Assembly: GCA_964424575.1 (NCBI GenBank)
Contig: CAYRIV010000014.1
Location: 1,214-65,213 of the forward strand
Reading direction: 5' to 3'
Source: an uncultured Caulobacterales bacterium
GTDB taxonomy: Bacteria; Pseudomonadota; Alphaproteobacteria; Caulobacterales; Maricaulaceae
Length of the DNA stretch: 64,000 nucleotides
Shown here: positions 9,242 to 18,794 of the stretch, one piece after another
Numbering within the stretch: the first letter of the stretch is position 1
Layout of the letters: the number at the start of each line of letters is the position of its first letter
Program-made: the position numbers and the translations under genes
Notes under the pieces: generated by a model
Told to the model about the DNA's origin: nothing
Database searches by the model: none
The model's input: the letters and a program-made list of their open reading frames with translations, nothing else

Positions 9242-9949
9242 ATGGCCGTTAAAAAACGCCTGTTGCTAGTTGATGATGACGATACGCTCCGCGAAGAGCT
9301 TGTCGCACAATTTGCACTATATGATGAATTTGAAACTGTTGATGTCGCCAATGCGACTGATGGTATTAAAGCCGCGACCGCAACCAATTTCGATTTGATT
9401 ATTCTAGACGTCGATTTGCCTGATATGCTTGGCACAGAAGCGTGCCAATTAATGCGCACACAAGGCGTGGCCGCGCCGATTGTAATGCTGACAGGTAATG
9501 ACGGCGAAATGCATGAGATTTTGGGCCTTAATAGTGGGGCCAATGATTACGTCACAAAGCCGTTCCGCTTTGCGGTTCTACTCGCACGGCTACGCGCGCA
9601 TTTGCGGAGTTTCGAGCAATCAGAAGACGCAGTCTTTCAAGTCGGGCCGTATGAATTTGCGCCTGCGTTTAAAAAGCTAACACCGCCCAAAGATGAAGAC
9701 GGTAAACAACCGCGCGATATTCGCCTGACCGAAAAAGAGACCAATATTCTGAAATATCTCTACCGCGCGGGCGGAAAGCCTGTGGGGCGCGATGAGCTTT
9801 TGCATGAAGTCTGGGGCTATAATAGCGGTGTCACCACACATACGCTTGAGACCCATGTCTACCGTCTGCGTCAAAAGATTGAGCCTGTGAAAGGCACAGC
9901 GACACTCCTCATGACAGAGCCAGGTGGGTACCGACTGGAACTTGGCTAG
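9242..9949 (+). CDS. cenR: OmpR/PhoB-family response regulator, CenR-like
   Basis: The receiver domain reads LLLVDDDD...IILDVDLPD...DYVTKPF. The winged-helix part reads LTEKETNILKYLYRAGGKPVGRDELLHEVWGYNSGVTTHTLETHVYRLRQKIEP, which I recognise from memory as typical of alphaproteobacterial CenR orthologues. Confidence 0.6.
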   Translation: MAVKKRLLLVDDDDTLREELVAQFALYDEFETVDVANATDGIKAATATNFDLIILDVDLPDMLGTEACQLMRTQGVAAPIVMLTGNDGEMHEILGLNSGANDYVTKPFRFAVLLARLRAHLRSFEQSEDAVFQVGPYEFAPAFKKLTPPKDEDGKQPRDIRLTEKETNILKYLYRAGGKPVGRDELLHEVWGYNSGVTTHTLETHVYRLRQKIEPVKGTATLLMTEPGGYRLELG

Positions 9950-11002
9950 TTGAGCCCCAACTTCCAAGCAGTAGAAGAAATTTCACCGCCTACGCGTGGA
10001 CAGTTTCACGAAGAGGTCAGATCTGCAAAGACTCCCGTTATTATGCGCGGGCTGGTTGAGCATTGGCCCGTCGTCAAAGCCGCAAAGGAAAGCGACAGTG
10101 CGGCCTTTAATTATCTGCGCACGCTTGACAGAGGCCGCCCTCAAGCCACGCTGATTGGGCAAAGCCAGACAGACAAGCGCTTCTTCTACAGCGCGGATAT
10201 GCGCCGTCAGAATTACGACCGCTATGAACAATCTGTGTCGACCGCGCTTGATGACCTTGAGAGTAAAACAGATGACGGACTAGCACGGTTTATTCAGTCC
10301 ATTCCCCTGCCTGATTACCTCCCAGATTTCGCAGCGCAAAACTCTATGCCTTTGCTTGAGGCCGATATTGTGCCGCGCGCATGGATTGGTAATGAGACAA
10401 TCGTGCAAACGCATTTTGACCTGTCAGAGAACATTGCCTGCTGCGTGATGGGGGCGCGGCGCGTCACGCTTTTCCCGCCCAAGCAACTCGCCAATCTTTA
10501 TCTTGGCCCGTTGGAGACATCCCCAGGTGGCGCTTATGTCAGCCTAACGAATTTACACGCACCAGATTTTGACGCGCATCCGCGATTTAAAGAGGCGCTT
10601 ACCTACGCCGTGCAAGTCGACCTTGCGCCTGGCGACGCGCTTTATATTCCGTGTGGGTGGTGGCACCATGTCCATGCCCGCGCGCCGCTCAATATGCTGG
10701 TCAATTATTGGTGGAAGCCTGCGCAAACAGGGCGTACCGTCGAGCCACTGCCTGTCCTTTTGCACAGCCTTATGGCGTTTAATAATATGCCCGCGGATGA
10801 GCGTAAAATTTGGCAGAACATTTTTGCGAATTTTATTTTTGAAGAAAGCGGAGACCCTATGGCGCATCTCCCACCCGAACAGCAAGGTATTTTAGGCGGC
10901 ATTCCCGACAGTCACCGCACGGCTAGCATCTATGAACTGCTCGGCGTACTCGCCCGAGAAGTGGGGCTGAGCCCGCCCGCGCCGCCGCAAAAAAAAACCT
11001 AA
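9950..11002 (+). CDS. Cupin-like / JmjC-domain protein
   Basis: 350 aa. HFDLSENIACCVMGARRVTLFPP and LYIPCGWWHHVHA fit the JmjC/cupin_8 fold. The TTG start immediately follows the cenR-like stop, so the start is uncertain. Confidence 0.65.
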   Translation: MSPNFQAVEEISPPTRGQFHEEVRSAKTPVIMRGLVEHWPVVKAAKESDSAAFNYLRTLDRGRPQATLIGQSQTDKRFFYSADMRRQNYDRYEQSVSTALDDLESKTDDGLARFIQSIPLPDYLPDFAAQNSMPLLEADIVPRAWIGNETIVQTHFDLSENIACCVMGARRVTLFPPKQLANLYLGPLETSPGGAYVSLTNLHAPDFDAHPRFKEALTYAVQVDLAPGDALYIPCGWWHHVHARAPLNMLVNYWWKPAQTGRTVEPLPVLLHSLMAFNNMPADERKIWQNIFANFIFEESGDPMAHLPPEQQGILGGIPDSHRTASIYELLGVLAREVGLSPPAPPQKKT

Positions 11003-11003
11003 T

Positions 11004-11636
11004 ATGGGGTTTGCGCTAGCATTATATGCGGCGTTTGTTGCCGCCCTCACTGTGGCTGAATACCGCGGGGATAAGCGCGCGCAATATCTTCTGAAGCCCG
11101 CCTGCGCGCTCGGATTTATCCTCATTGCGCTTATGAGCGGCGCGCTAGAGAGCCTTTATGGGCAAATTATTTTGGCGGGGCTCTGTTTTTGCGCCGTAGG
11201 GGATGTGGCGTTGCTGTCACGCACCTCCATGAAATTATTTCTATTTGGCATGATTGCTTTTGCGCTCGGGCATATAGCTTACATCTTTGCCTTCACCCAT
11301 CATGGATTTAATTTTACTGGTAAATTTGACGTAAAATATTCATTCTTTGCAGCTTCTTTTAGCTTATTGGCATCTATTCCAATCATATCGCTAATTAATG
11401 GGCCGATGAAAGGTCCTGCTTGTATTTACGCAGGAATTATTGCTCTCGTTATTCTGTTCGCCATTAGCACAGGTCATCTTATGATTATTATCGCGGCTTT
11501 TCTATTTGCGATTTCAGATTATTTTGTCGGACGCGACAGGTTCATAATACAAAAGCCTTGGCACGCCTTCGCCATCACCCCGCTCTATTTCGGGGCGCAG
11601 GCCCTGTTCGCACTCAGCGTGGCGCAAGCCTTATAA
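11004..11636 (+). CDS. YhhN (lysoplasmalogenase-like) family membrane protein
   Basis: 210 aa and polytopic. Motifs are KPACALGFILIAL, CFCAVGDVALL, FALGHIAYIFAF and FAISDYFVGRDRF. Confidence 0.7.
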   Translation: MGFALALYAAFVAALTVAEYRGDKRAQYLLKPACALGFILIALMSGALESLYGQIILAGLCFCAVGDVALLSRTSMKLFLFGMIAFALGHIAYIFAFTHHGFNFTGKFDVKYSFFAASFSLLASIPIISLINGPMKGPACIYAGIIALVILFAISTGHLMIIIAAFLFAISDYFVGRDRFIIQKPWHAFAITPLYFGAQALFALSVAQAL

Positions 11637-12467
11637 CGACAGCACCTGCGTAATCGGCGCGTGGTCGCTTGGTTTTTCCCAGACGCGACAATCCAGATGC
11701 ACCTTATAGCCGTCGCGCCCCGTCTTCTCGGCCGCGTCGTGCAGCGCAGGGCTCACCCAAATATGGTCAAGCCTGCGTCCGCGATTGCTCGCAAACACAT
11801 CGCGCGCGCGGTAGCTCCACCAGCTATAGATTTTTTCCTCATCCCCACGGTGAAGGCGGGCCGTATCGGTAAAGTCATGTGTCTCTTGCAGCACTTTCAA
11901 AAGCGCGACTTCTTGCGGGGTGTGCGAGACAACTTTTAAGAGTTGCTTATGATTCCACACATCATTTTCATGCGGCGCGATATTAAAATCTCCAACGAGG
12001 ATTTGCTGGTCATCGCCTTTGGCAAAGCGCTCAGAAAAATAGGCGCGCATATTCTCAATGAAGTCGAGCTTATGTTTAAACTTATCATTCTCTACGGGGT
12101 CGGCGATATCACCGCCTGCGGGGATGTAGAAATTATGAAATTCAAAATCTTGTCCACCTTTTGAGAGATCGCCTGCTATAACGCGCGTAGACACATGACG
12201 TGCGTGGTCAAGCGGGCAAAAGCTCGTCGGGAGGCGTTCCATCGGCAGTTTGCTGACCGTCGCCGCGCCGTGATAGCCTTTCATGCCCGCGACTTCGATG
12301 AACGCGTAACCCGCCTGCCGAAAAGGCTCATAGGGAAATTGTTCGTTCTGGCATTTGATTTCTTGCAGGCCGAGCACATCTGGCTGCTCTTCATTCAAAA
12401 ACCGAATGACTTGGTCAATGCGAAGGCGAACGGAATTGATATTCCACGAAGCGACTTTAATATCCAT
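11631..12467 (-). CDS. xthA: Exodeoxyribonuclease III
   Basis: Motifs are VASWNINSVRLR...PDVLGLQEIKC, GDFNIAPHENDVW and SDHAPI. Confidence 0.9.
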   Translation of the reverse strand: MDIKVASWNINSVRLRIDQVIRFLNEEQPDVLGLQEIKCQNEQFPYEPFRQAGYAFIEVAGMKGYHGAATVSKLPMERLPTSFCPLDHARHVSTRVIAGDLSKGGQDFEFHNFYIPAGGDIADPVENDKFKHKLDFIENMRAYFSERFAKGDDQQILVGDFNIAPHENDVWNHKQLLKVVSHTPQEVALLKVLQETHDFTDTARLHRGDEEKIYSWWSYRARDVFASNRGRRLDHIWVSPALHDAAEKTGRDGYKVHLDCRVWEKPSDHAPITQVLSL

Positions 12468-12520
12468 AGGCGGGGCTTAGCCCGCCTGATGTGATTCTGA
12501 AAGGGCGTTTCGAAAAAGCG

Positions 12521-13189
12521 CTATCTATTGCGACCGCGACGCGGCTCACGCAACACAAACAGGCGTGGGTCAAGACGTTGATTATAACGCAAATCCGACA
12601 GAATGACGCGCGTATTACCGCCAAAGCCGTCCGTGATGACCCATTCTTTTAGCGCGAGCGTTTGCGCGTCAAAGATCATTGTAATCACGCCGTCCATTTC
12701 GCCAGAGCCGTCACGCGCCGAGACACGCCATTCGCTCGTGAGTTTTTGCAACGCCACAACTTCGGTATCGCGCGCGAGATTGACGTTCTCTTTTAGGAAA
12801 AAGTTCAGCGGCGTCGAGGCGAGCGGCACACGGTCAAAGGTCTCAAGCGCGCGGTCTTGCTGTGTCATGGTTACGCCGTCCGACACAATCAGCAGCGGGC
12901 TTGGCGCGTCATATTCAAAGCGCATCTTGCCGGGTCGTTGCAGAAATATCTGGCCAGATTCAACAGAGCCGTCCGCCGCATATTGATCAAAGCGACCTGA
13001 AAAACTCACCGTATTATTAAGCGCCGTATCCACGCGCGCAAGATCAGCCGGCACCGTCTGAGGCGAGGTAAAAGCCGCCAAAGGTGCGCGCTGCATCTGC
13101 GGCCGCGGCGCTTCCATATTGACCTGCGCGAGCGCGACAGACCCCAAAGAGGTCAGCGCAATAGCGGTTAACAACAAAGCTTTTTTCAT
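12521..13189 (-). CDS. lolA: Outer-membrane lipoprotein carrier protein LolA
   Basis: The track ORF extends to 13225. I prefer ATG 13189 (MKKALLLTAIALTSLGSVALA signal peptide). FSGRFDQY...GQIFLQRPGKMRFEYDAPSPLLIVSDG is LolA-like. Confidence 0.7.
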   Translation of the reverse strand: MKKALLLTAIALTSLGSVALAQVNMEAPRPQMQRAPLAAFTSPQTVPADLARVDTALNNTVSFSGRFDQYAADGSVESGQIFLQRPGKMRFEYDAPSPLLIVSDGVTMTQQDRALETFDRVPLASTPLNFFLKENVNLARDTEVVALQKLTSEWRVSARDGSGEMDGVITMIFDAQTLALKEWVITDGFGGNTRVILSDLRYNQRLDPRLFVLREPRRGRNR

Positions 13190-13310
13190 AGCGAACTTTC
13201 CATTCACGCCCAAATTCATGAGCAATCTAAGACTGTTCGTAACAAAAGCCAGTTTAATCCAAGCTGAATAAAAGCGGTATTTCCATTACAAATTGGAGAG
13301 GGTGGTTAAG

Positions 13311-14318
13311 TTAGATACTCTGCGCCAACTCATGAATGCTTGCCTCTGGCCGTGCGCCGTAATGCGAAATCACTTCTGCCGCGCAGAGCGAACCGAGGCG
13401 GCCTGCGTCTTCCCACCCAAGGCCCATGGCGTGACCTGCAAGCACGCCAGCCGCATATTGATCCCCTGCCCCTGTTGTATCGACGGGCTTGCTCACGCCA
13501 AACGTCTCAAGCGAAACAGCGGGGACGTGGTAGCGGCGCGTGGCGTCTTGGATGACGGAGCCTTTCTCACTGCGCGTGATACAGGCGACAACGTCTGATT
13601 TTGTGAGCGCGTCAAGCGCCGTGTCGATGCGGTCTGTTTCATAAAGCGAGAGGATTTCAGCTTCATTGGCAAACAGGATATCCACATGGTTTTCCACAAG
13701 CTGCTTAAAGCTCGCGCGGTGACGATCCACGCAAAAGCTATCTGACAACGTCAGCGCCACCTTATTGCCCGCGGCCTGTGCGACTTCGGCGGCATGCACA
13801 AAAGCCGCCTTGGCGGGTTCCGCGTCAAAGAGATAGCCTTCGAGATAAATCACTTTCGCCGCTTTGATGAGGCTATCCACAAGGTCGCGTTTCTCAAACC
13901 CTGTGCTGGCGCCGAGGAATGTACTCATGGAGCGTTCGCCGTCTGGCGTCACCGCGATGAGGCAACGGGCCGTCGCCGCGCCGCCTTTGGCGGGCTTTGT
14001 TGTGAACGCGACACCAGCTTCATGCAGGCCACCAGAAAATCGTTTCCCGAGCGCGTCATCGCCCACTTTGCCAAAGTAAGCCGCGCTGACACCAAGCTGC
14101 GCAATGCCGACGAGAGTATTGGCCGCCGATCCGCCCGCCACCTCGCGGCCTTTCCCGATTTTTTTGAACGCTTTGTGCAAGCCAAGCGCTGTGCCTTCAT
14201 CAATCAACGTCATGCCGCCTTTGGTGATTTTATTGGGGCCCAAAAACACATCTGGCACAGGCGTGATGACATCCATAATCGCATTGCCTATTCCGAGAAC
14301 ATCTATTTTATTTGCCAT
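13311..14318 (-). CDS. PfkB-family carbohydrate/adenosine kinase
   Basis: VLGIGNAIMDV is near the N-terminus and DTTGAGDQYAAGVLAG is the C-terminal PfkB signature. The start is taken at ATG 14318 (AAGG upstream) rather than the track start at 14333. Confidence 0.75.
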   Translation of the reverse strand: MANKIDVLGIGNAIMDVITPVPDVFLGPNKITKGGMTLIDEGTALGLHKAFKKIGKGREVAGGSAANTLVGIAQLGVSAAYFGKVGDDALGKRFSGGLHEAGVAFTTKPAKGGAATARCLIAVTPDGERSMSTFLGASTGFEKRDLVDSLIKAAKVIYLEGYLFDAEPAKAAFVHAAEVAQAAGNKVALTLSDSFCVDRHRASFKQLVENHVDILFANEAEILSLYETDRIDTALDALTKSDVVACITRSEKGSVIQDATRRYHVPAVSLETFGVSKPVDTTGAGDQYAAGVLAGHAMGLGWEDAGRLGSLCAAEVISHYGARPEASIHELAQSI

Positions 14319-14417
14319 GATTTTAGCCTTCATTTTATCTTGTTTGTCAGCGCCTAGCGCATTATCGGTAAGGCATCAAGCGCCTGCACTGCGCGAGGGA
14401 ATACATAGGACTTTGTC

Positions 14418-15323
14418 ATGAAAAAAATCGCCATTTTAGCCTCTGACAATATGATGCCTGGTCATCCGAATGAGCGCGATGACAGCTTTGAGCGTGATGA
14501 AGAAATGAGCAAAATCGTGCCTGCGTTTGCTGAGCTTGGTATGGCGGCAGAGCTTGTGCGCTGGCGCGAGATTGGCGCGCGTGCGCGCGAGTTTGACGCC
14601 GTTCTGCCTTTGCTTGTGTGGGATTATTTTGAAGGGAATGAAAAGGCCTTTCTCGCCCAACTCGCAAAAGCGGACGCGACAACTAAGGTCTTTAATAATT
14701 TTAAATGCGTACAATGGAATGTGCGTAAATCTTATCTTGATGAGCTTGAACGCGCAGGCGCGCCTGTTATTCAAACGGTCGTACTGGAACGTGTGACAGA
14801 GGCGGGTATTGCGCGCGCGTTCGACACACTGGGCGCAGACAAAATCGTCATCAAGCCGCAGGTCGGCGGCGGCGCGTGGAAGCAAGTGCTTTATAACAAA
14901 GGCGAGCCCTTCCCCGCCAAAGAGACGCTCCCGCCAGCCGAAGCTATGGTGCAGGCTTTCCTGCCAAGCGTGGTCGAAGAGGGCGAGTATAGCTTTCTTT
15001 ATTTCGGCGGGCAGTTCTCGCACGGCCTGATTAAGCGCGCAAAGAAGGGTGACTACCGAATCCAGTCGATTTACGGTGGCACGGAGGAAAGCTACACGCC
15101 GACCCAAGCTGAGCGTGACGCGGCACGCGCCGTGCTCGACGCGCTTGATTTCACGCCGCTTTATGCGCGTGTGGATTTGCTGCGCGGGCTAGATGGAAAG
15201 CTAAAACTGATTGAGCTCGAAATGGTGGAGCCTTATCTTTATATGGCGCATGCTGAGGGTGAAGGCGCAGATAATAAAGCCGCGCAAAAACTCGCAAGCG
15301 CGCTCGCCAAACGCTTGGTGTAG
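14418..15323 (+). CDS. ATP-grasp-like protein of unknown specificity
   Basis: 301 aa. KIVIKPQVGGGAWKQV and LIELEMVEPYLY resemble ATP-grasp (RimK/GshB-like) elements. The assignment is tentative. Confidence 0.45.
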   Translation: MKKIAILASDNMMPGHPNERDDSFERDEEMSKIVPAFAELGMAAELVRWREIGARAREFDAVLPLLVWDYFEGNEKAFLAQLAKADATTKVFNNFKCVQWNVRKSYLDELERAGAPVIQTVVLERVTEAGIARAFDTLGADKIVIKPQVGGGAWKQVLYNKGEPFPAKETLPPAEAMVQAFLPSVVEEGEYSFLYFGGQFSHGLIKRAKKGDYRIQSIYGGTEESYTPTQAERDAARAVLDALDFTPLYARVDLLRGLDGKLKLIELEMVEPYLYMAHAEGEGADNKAAQKLASALAKRLV

Positions 15324-15414
15324 ATACAAATTTTTCTCTGATTTAGCCTCAAACGAAGGGGCTTGCCGCGCCCGTTCTTTCGCGCCATGATTTGTGAAAA
15401 CTATGGGGACGGAT

Positions 15415-17307
15415 ATGAGAGCTTATTTAATTGCTACAGTAGGAGCGGTGGCACTGACTTTGGGCGGTTGTCAAAACGATACAACAGACATTCCGCCAAC
15501 CCCTGAGAGCAAGCCTGCCCCCGAAACATCCACCGTCACCGTTGAACGCAACCCACTTCGAAATGCCTATTTCGGCGACCTTCACGTCCATACCAAAAAC
15601 AGCTTTGACGCCTATATTTTCAACACACGCACCACGCCTGATGATGCCTACCGCTTTGCCAAAGGTGAGGCGATTGGGGCGGCCAAAGGGGTACAAGTCA
15701 AATTGGACGGCCCGCCGCTCGACTTTCTCGGCGTGACAGATCACGCAGAATATCTCGGCATTGTGCCCATGATGGATGACGCGACGACGCGCATCGGACA
15801 GACGAAAATCGCGCGCGAGGTTTTTGCCGCCACGGATTTGAGATCCGCGCGACAGGCTTTCCTGCGCGTCGGGCGTTCCTTTGTACTGCAACAGCCAATC
15901 GCCGAGCTTTATGACCGTGATGTGATGGACAGCGTCTGGGCAGAAACGACCGCGAGCGCGGATGCCCATAATGAGCCTGGCGTTTTTACGACTTTTAGCG
16001 CTTATGAATTTACCTCTATGCGCATGGTGGACGATAATAACGCCGCGAATTTGCACCGCAATGTCGTGTTCAAAGACAAAGCCCCCGCGCGCATTATGTC
16101 CACACTAGAGAGCAATAATCCCGAAGACTTGTGGGCGTGGATGGACAGCCAGCGCGCGGCGGGGCGAGACGTCATGGCGATACCGCATAATTCGAATGCC
16201 TCTAATGGGTGGATGTTTGATGACGTCACATTTGGCGGCGAGCCGCTCAGCGCGGACTATGCGGCCACCCGCATGCGCAATGAACCCGTTGTGGAAATGG
16301 CGCAGGTCAAAGGCACATCCGAAGTTCACCCTGCCCTGTCACCTAATGACGAATTTTCTGATTTTGAAATCTATGAGAACTTTATCGGCGGCACAGGCAA
16401 GACGACACCAACGCGCGGAGACTTTGTGCGCTACGCGCTGGCCAGCGGATTAAAGCTCGCGGAGGACGGCAAAGGCAATCCGTTTAAATTTGGCTTTATC
16501 GGCAGCTCTGATTCCCACCTCTCAGCAGGCTCCTATAAAGAAGACGCGCATTTCGGGAAATTCCCCGCCCAATCCGTCGGGGCGGCGCAGCGGCAATCAA
16601 TTCCGACGGGTGACGCAAACGATTGGTCTGGCGAAAATGCGGATGGCGGGCAGCTCCTCGTCTCTCGCCAATATGCGGCCAGCGGCCTTGCTGGCGTTTG
16701 GGCGCAGAGCAATACACGCGCCGATATTTTTGACGCCATGGCCCGCAAAGAAACATTCGCCACATCGGGACCGCGCATGAAACTGCGATTCTTTGCTGGG
16801 GCTTATGATGAGGATATATTGGGTCAAGCCGATATGATGGCACGTGCTTATGAAAGCGGCGTGCCGATGGGCGGCGAGCTAGAGGCCCCAAATGACGCGC
16901 CAAGCTTTATCGCCTGGGCCGTGCAAGACCCGCTGAGCTATCCGCTTGAGCGTTTGCAAATTATCAAAGTTTGGAACGAAGACGGCGCACCCCAAGAGCG
17001 CGTCATAGACATCGCCTGTGCGGGCGGCGACTCCCCTGTAGACGGACGCTGCCAAAATGTCGGTGCAAATGTTGATATTTCGACTTGCGAAGTTACGCGA
17101 GGCAAAGCGGCGGGTGAGATTAAAACCCGCTGGGTGGATCCGGAATATAAGGCCGGCCAATCCGCCGCCTATTACATCCGCGCGCTCGAAATTCCGAGCT
17201 GCCGCTGGTCCACTTGGGACGCGGTGCGCAACGGCACACCCCCTCACCCCGACCTGCCAACCACAGTCCAAGACCGCGTCTGGAGCAGCCCGATTTGGGT
17301 CAGGTGA
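15415..17307 (+). CDS. DUF3604-family protein (PHP-like metal-binding N-terminus), lipoprotein
   Basis: AYFGDLHVHTKNSFDAY is typical of DUF3604. The lipobox is LTLGGCQ. The start could be 15394, 15403 or 15415. Confidence 0.6.
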   Translation: MRAYLIATVGAVALTLGGCQNDTTDIPPTPESKPAPETSTVTVERNPLRNAYFGDLHVHTKNSFDAYIFNTRTTPDDAYRFAKGEAIGAAKGVQVKLDGPPLDFLGVTDHAEYLGIVPMMDDATTRIGQTKIAREVFAATDLRSARQAFLRVGRSFVLQQPIAELYDRDVMDSVWAETTASADAHNEPGVFTTFSAYEFTSMRMVDDNNAANLHRNVVFKDKAPARIMSTLESNNPEDLWAWMDSQRAAGRDVMAIPHNSNASNGWMFDDVTFGGEPLSADYAATRMRNEPVVEMAQVKGTSEVHPALSPNDEFSDFEIYENFIGGTGKTTPTRGDFVRYALASGLKLAEDGKGNPFKFGFIGSSDSHLSAGSYKEDAHFGKFPAQSVGAAQRQSIPTGDANDWSGENADGGQLLVSRQYAASGLAGVWAQSNTRADIFDAMARKETFATSGPRMKLRFFAGAYDEDILGQADMMARAYESGVPMGGELEAPNDAPSFIAWAVQDPLSYPLERLQIIKVWNEDGAPQERVIDIACAGGDSPVDGRCQNVGANVDISTCEVTRGKAAGEIKTRWVDPEYKAGQSAAYYIRALEIPSCRWSTWDAVRNGTPPHPDLPTTVQDRVWSSPIWVR

Positions 17308-17309
17308 TT

Positions 17310-17960
17310 TTATGTCGCGCAACCTTCAAACAACACATCTTTGTTATTTTTTGGCAGGCATTCACCATTATATAATCGATTGATACGGTTTAATCGTTCA
17401 GTAAAATTCTTGTCTCGATTCATGTGGTTCAACAGACTAGGTGCAATCATCACAGAGACAAGTTGGATGAATTGACTATCGCTCAATTCGTGCGGGGGTG
17501 AACCGTAGAAACTCTCACTGGCTTTAAAAAAACTAACTGTCCAACCATCTGGCCCTTTTCCCATAGGAACTGTTTCAAGAAACAAGGCTAAGATTTCATT
17601 TTTTGTGAGACGTCTCTCAAGCGCTATCGCGTACGCCGTTTGTCGAATTTTTCCAATACCTGGCTTAAACTCATTGAAAGCTAGTCTTTTTGATACTGAT
17701 TGCGTGACCGTTGTTAGACCTGCACCCGCAGTTTTAGTATCAACCCCGTCATGATGGTAGAAGGCTGGGTCTTGCACGAGCAATAAAAGTTGCAGGCGAT
17801 CTTCACCAAGTGTAGCCGCCCCTTTTCCTGTATCTATAAGTGTTTTCGCTCTTTGTTTAAGTTCAGCAGAATGACTAGAAGCTGATACATAGCCCGACGC
17901 AGCGTATGCCATTATGGCCGTTACAATTACGGCTGAAACAAACCCAACAGATTTTTTCAT
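17310..17960 (-). CDS. Membrane-anchored GT51 (peptidoglycan transglycosylase/MtgA)-like protein with substituted catalytic residues
   Basis: By eye it aligns with E. coli MtgA motifs: AAEDQKFPEHWGFD versus LVQDPAFYHHDGVD, GASTISQQTAKNLFL versus GLTTVTQSVSKRLAF, and RKGLEAGLTLGIE...ILTVYLN versus GKIRQTAYAIALE...ILALFLE. It has an N-terminal signal anchor and the DNA is AT-richer than its neighbours. Confidence 0.6.
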   Translation of the reverse strand: MKKSVGFVSAVIVTAIMAYAASGYVSASSHSAELKQRAKTLIDTGKGAATLGEDRLQLLLLVQDPAFYHHDGVDTKTAGAGLTTVTQSVSKRLAFNEFKPGIGKIRQTAYAIALERRLTKNEILALFLETVPMGKGPDGWTVSFFKASESFYGSPPHELSDSQFIQLVSVMIAPSLLNHMNRDKNFTERLNRINRLYNGECLPKNNKDVLFEGCAT

Positions 17961-18088
17961 AACTTCCCCATCTGAAACTTTCTATTCAGAAATTCTGTCG
18001 GAAATTAGACTAAAGTTGGGCTTATTTGACTAACACTTAAAAAGGGATAAGTAGCTATGAGGCCTCATCATGTATTTTCAGATGGCCC

Positions 18089-18790
18089 TCACTCCACCGC
18101 CTTTGTCTTATCCTTAAACTTGCATATCTCGCTCACCGCACAGTTAAAACAGCGGGGTTTTCTGGCGATGCAGGTATAACGGCCATGAAGGATAAGCCAG
18201 TGATGGGCGTGGAGGGCGTATTCTTCGGGCGTCACGCGGAGCAGATTTAATTCCACTTCGAGCGGATCTTTGCCGGGGGCCATGCCTGTGCGGTTTGCGA
18301 CGCGGAAGATATGTGTGTCCACCGCCATGGTCGGTTGGCCAAAGGCTTCATTCAGCACCACATTGGCCGTCTTTCGCCCGACGCCGGGAAGCTTAATCAG
18401 GTCATCGCGATTATCTGGCACTTCCCCGCCAAAATCATCGAGCAGCATTTGTGAGAGCTTAATGACGTTCTTGGCTTTGGTTTTATAAAGCCCGATTGTC
18501 TTAACCATGTCGCGGACTTTATCTTCGCCCAGTGCGACCATTTTGGCGGGCGTGTCTGCCAATGCGAACAGGTCCTTAGTCGCTTTATTCACGCCGATAT
18601 CAGTCGATTGCGCGGACAAAGCCACCGCCACGACGAGCGTATAGGGATTAGAATAATTCAGCTCTGTGCGCGGCGCAGGATCAAGGCTGTGCAGGTGACG
18701 ATAAATATCGCTAATCTGCGCGCGGGTAAGTTTGGGGCGCGGCAGCTTTTTCTTTGGTTTCTTTTTAGGTTTCGAGGGTGGTTTAGCCAT
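18089..18790 (-). CDS. nth: Endonuclease III
   Basis: LVVAVALSAQSTD is present, the HhH-GPD element reads LPGVGRKTANVVL, and the C-terminal 4Fe-4S cluster motif is C-x6-C-x2-C-x5-C (CIARKPRCFNCAVSEIC). Confidence 0.9.
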   Translation of the reverse strand: MAKPPSKPKKKPKKKLPRPKLTRAQISDIYRHLHSLDPAPRTELNYSNPYTLVVAVALSAQSTDIGVNKATKDLFALADTPAKMVALGEDKVRDMVKTIGLYKTKAKNVIKLSQMLLDDFGGEVPDNRDDLIKLPGVGRKTANVVLNEAFGQPTMAVDTHIFRVANRTGMAPGKDPLEVELNLLRVTPEEYALHAHHWLILHGRYTCIARKPRCFNCAVSEICKFKDKTKAVE

Positions 18791-18794
18791 AACC

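Noticed and set aside
14436-16056. Minus-strand ORFs of 223 aa (14436..15107) and 209 aa (15427..16056)
   Set aside because: They are antisense to the ATP-grasp-like and DUF3604 genes and carry no motifs. They look like typical shadow ORFs.
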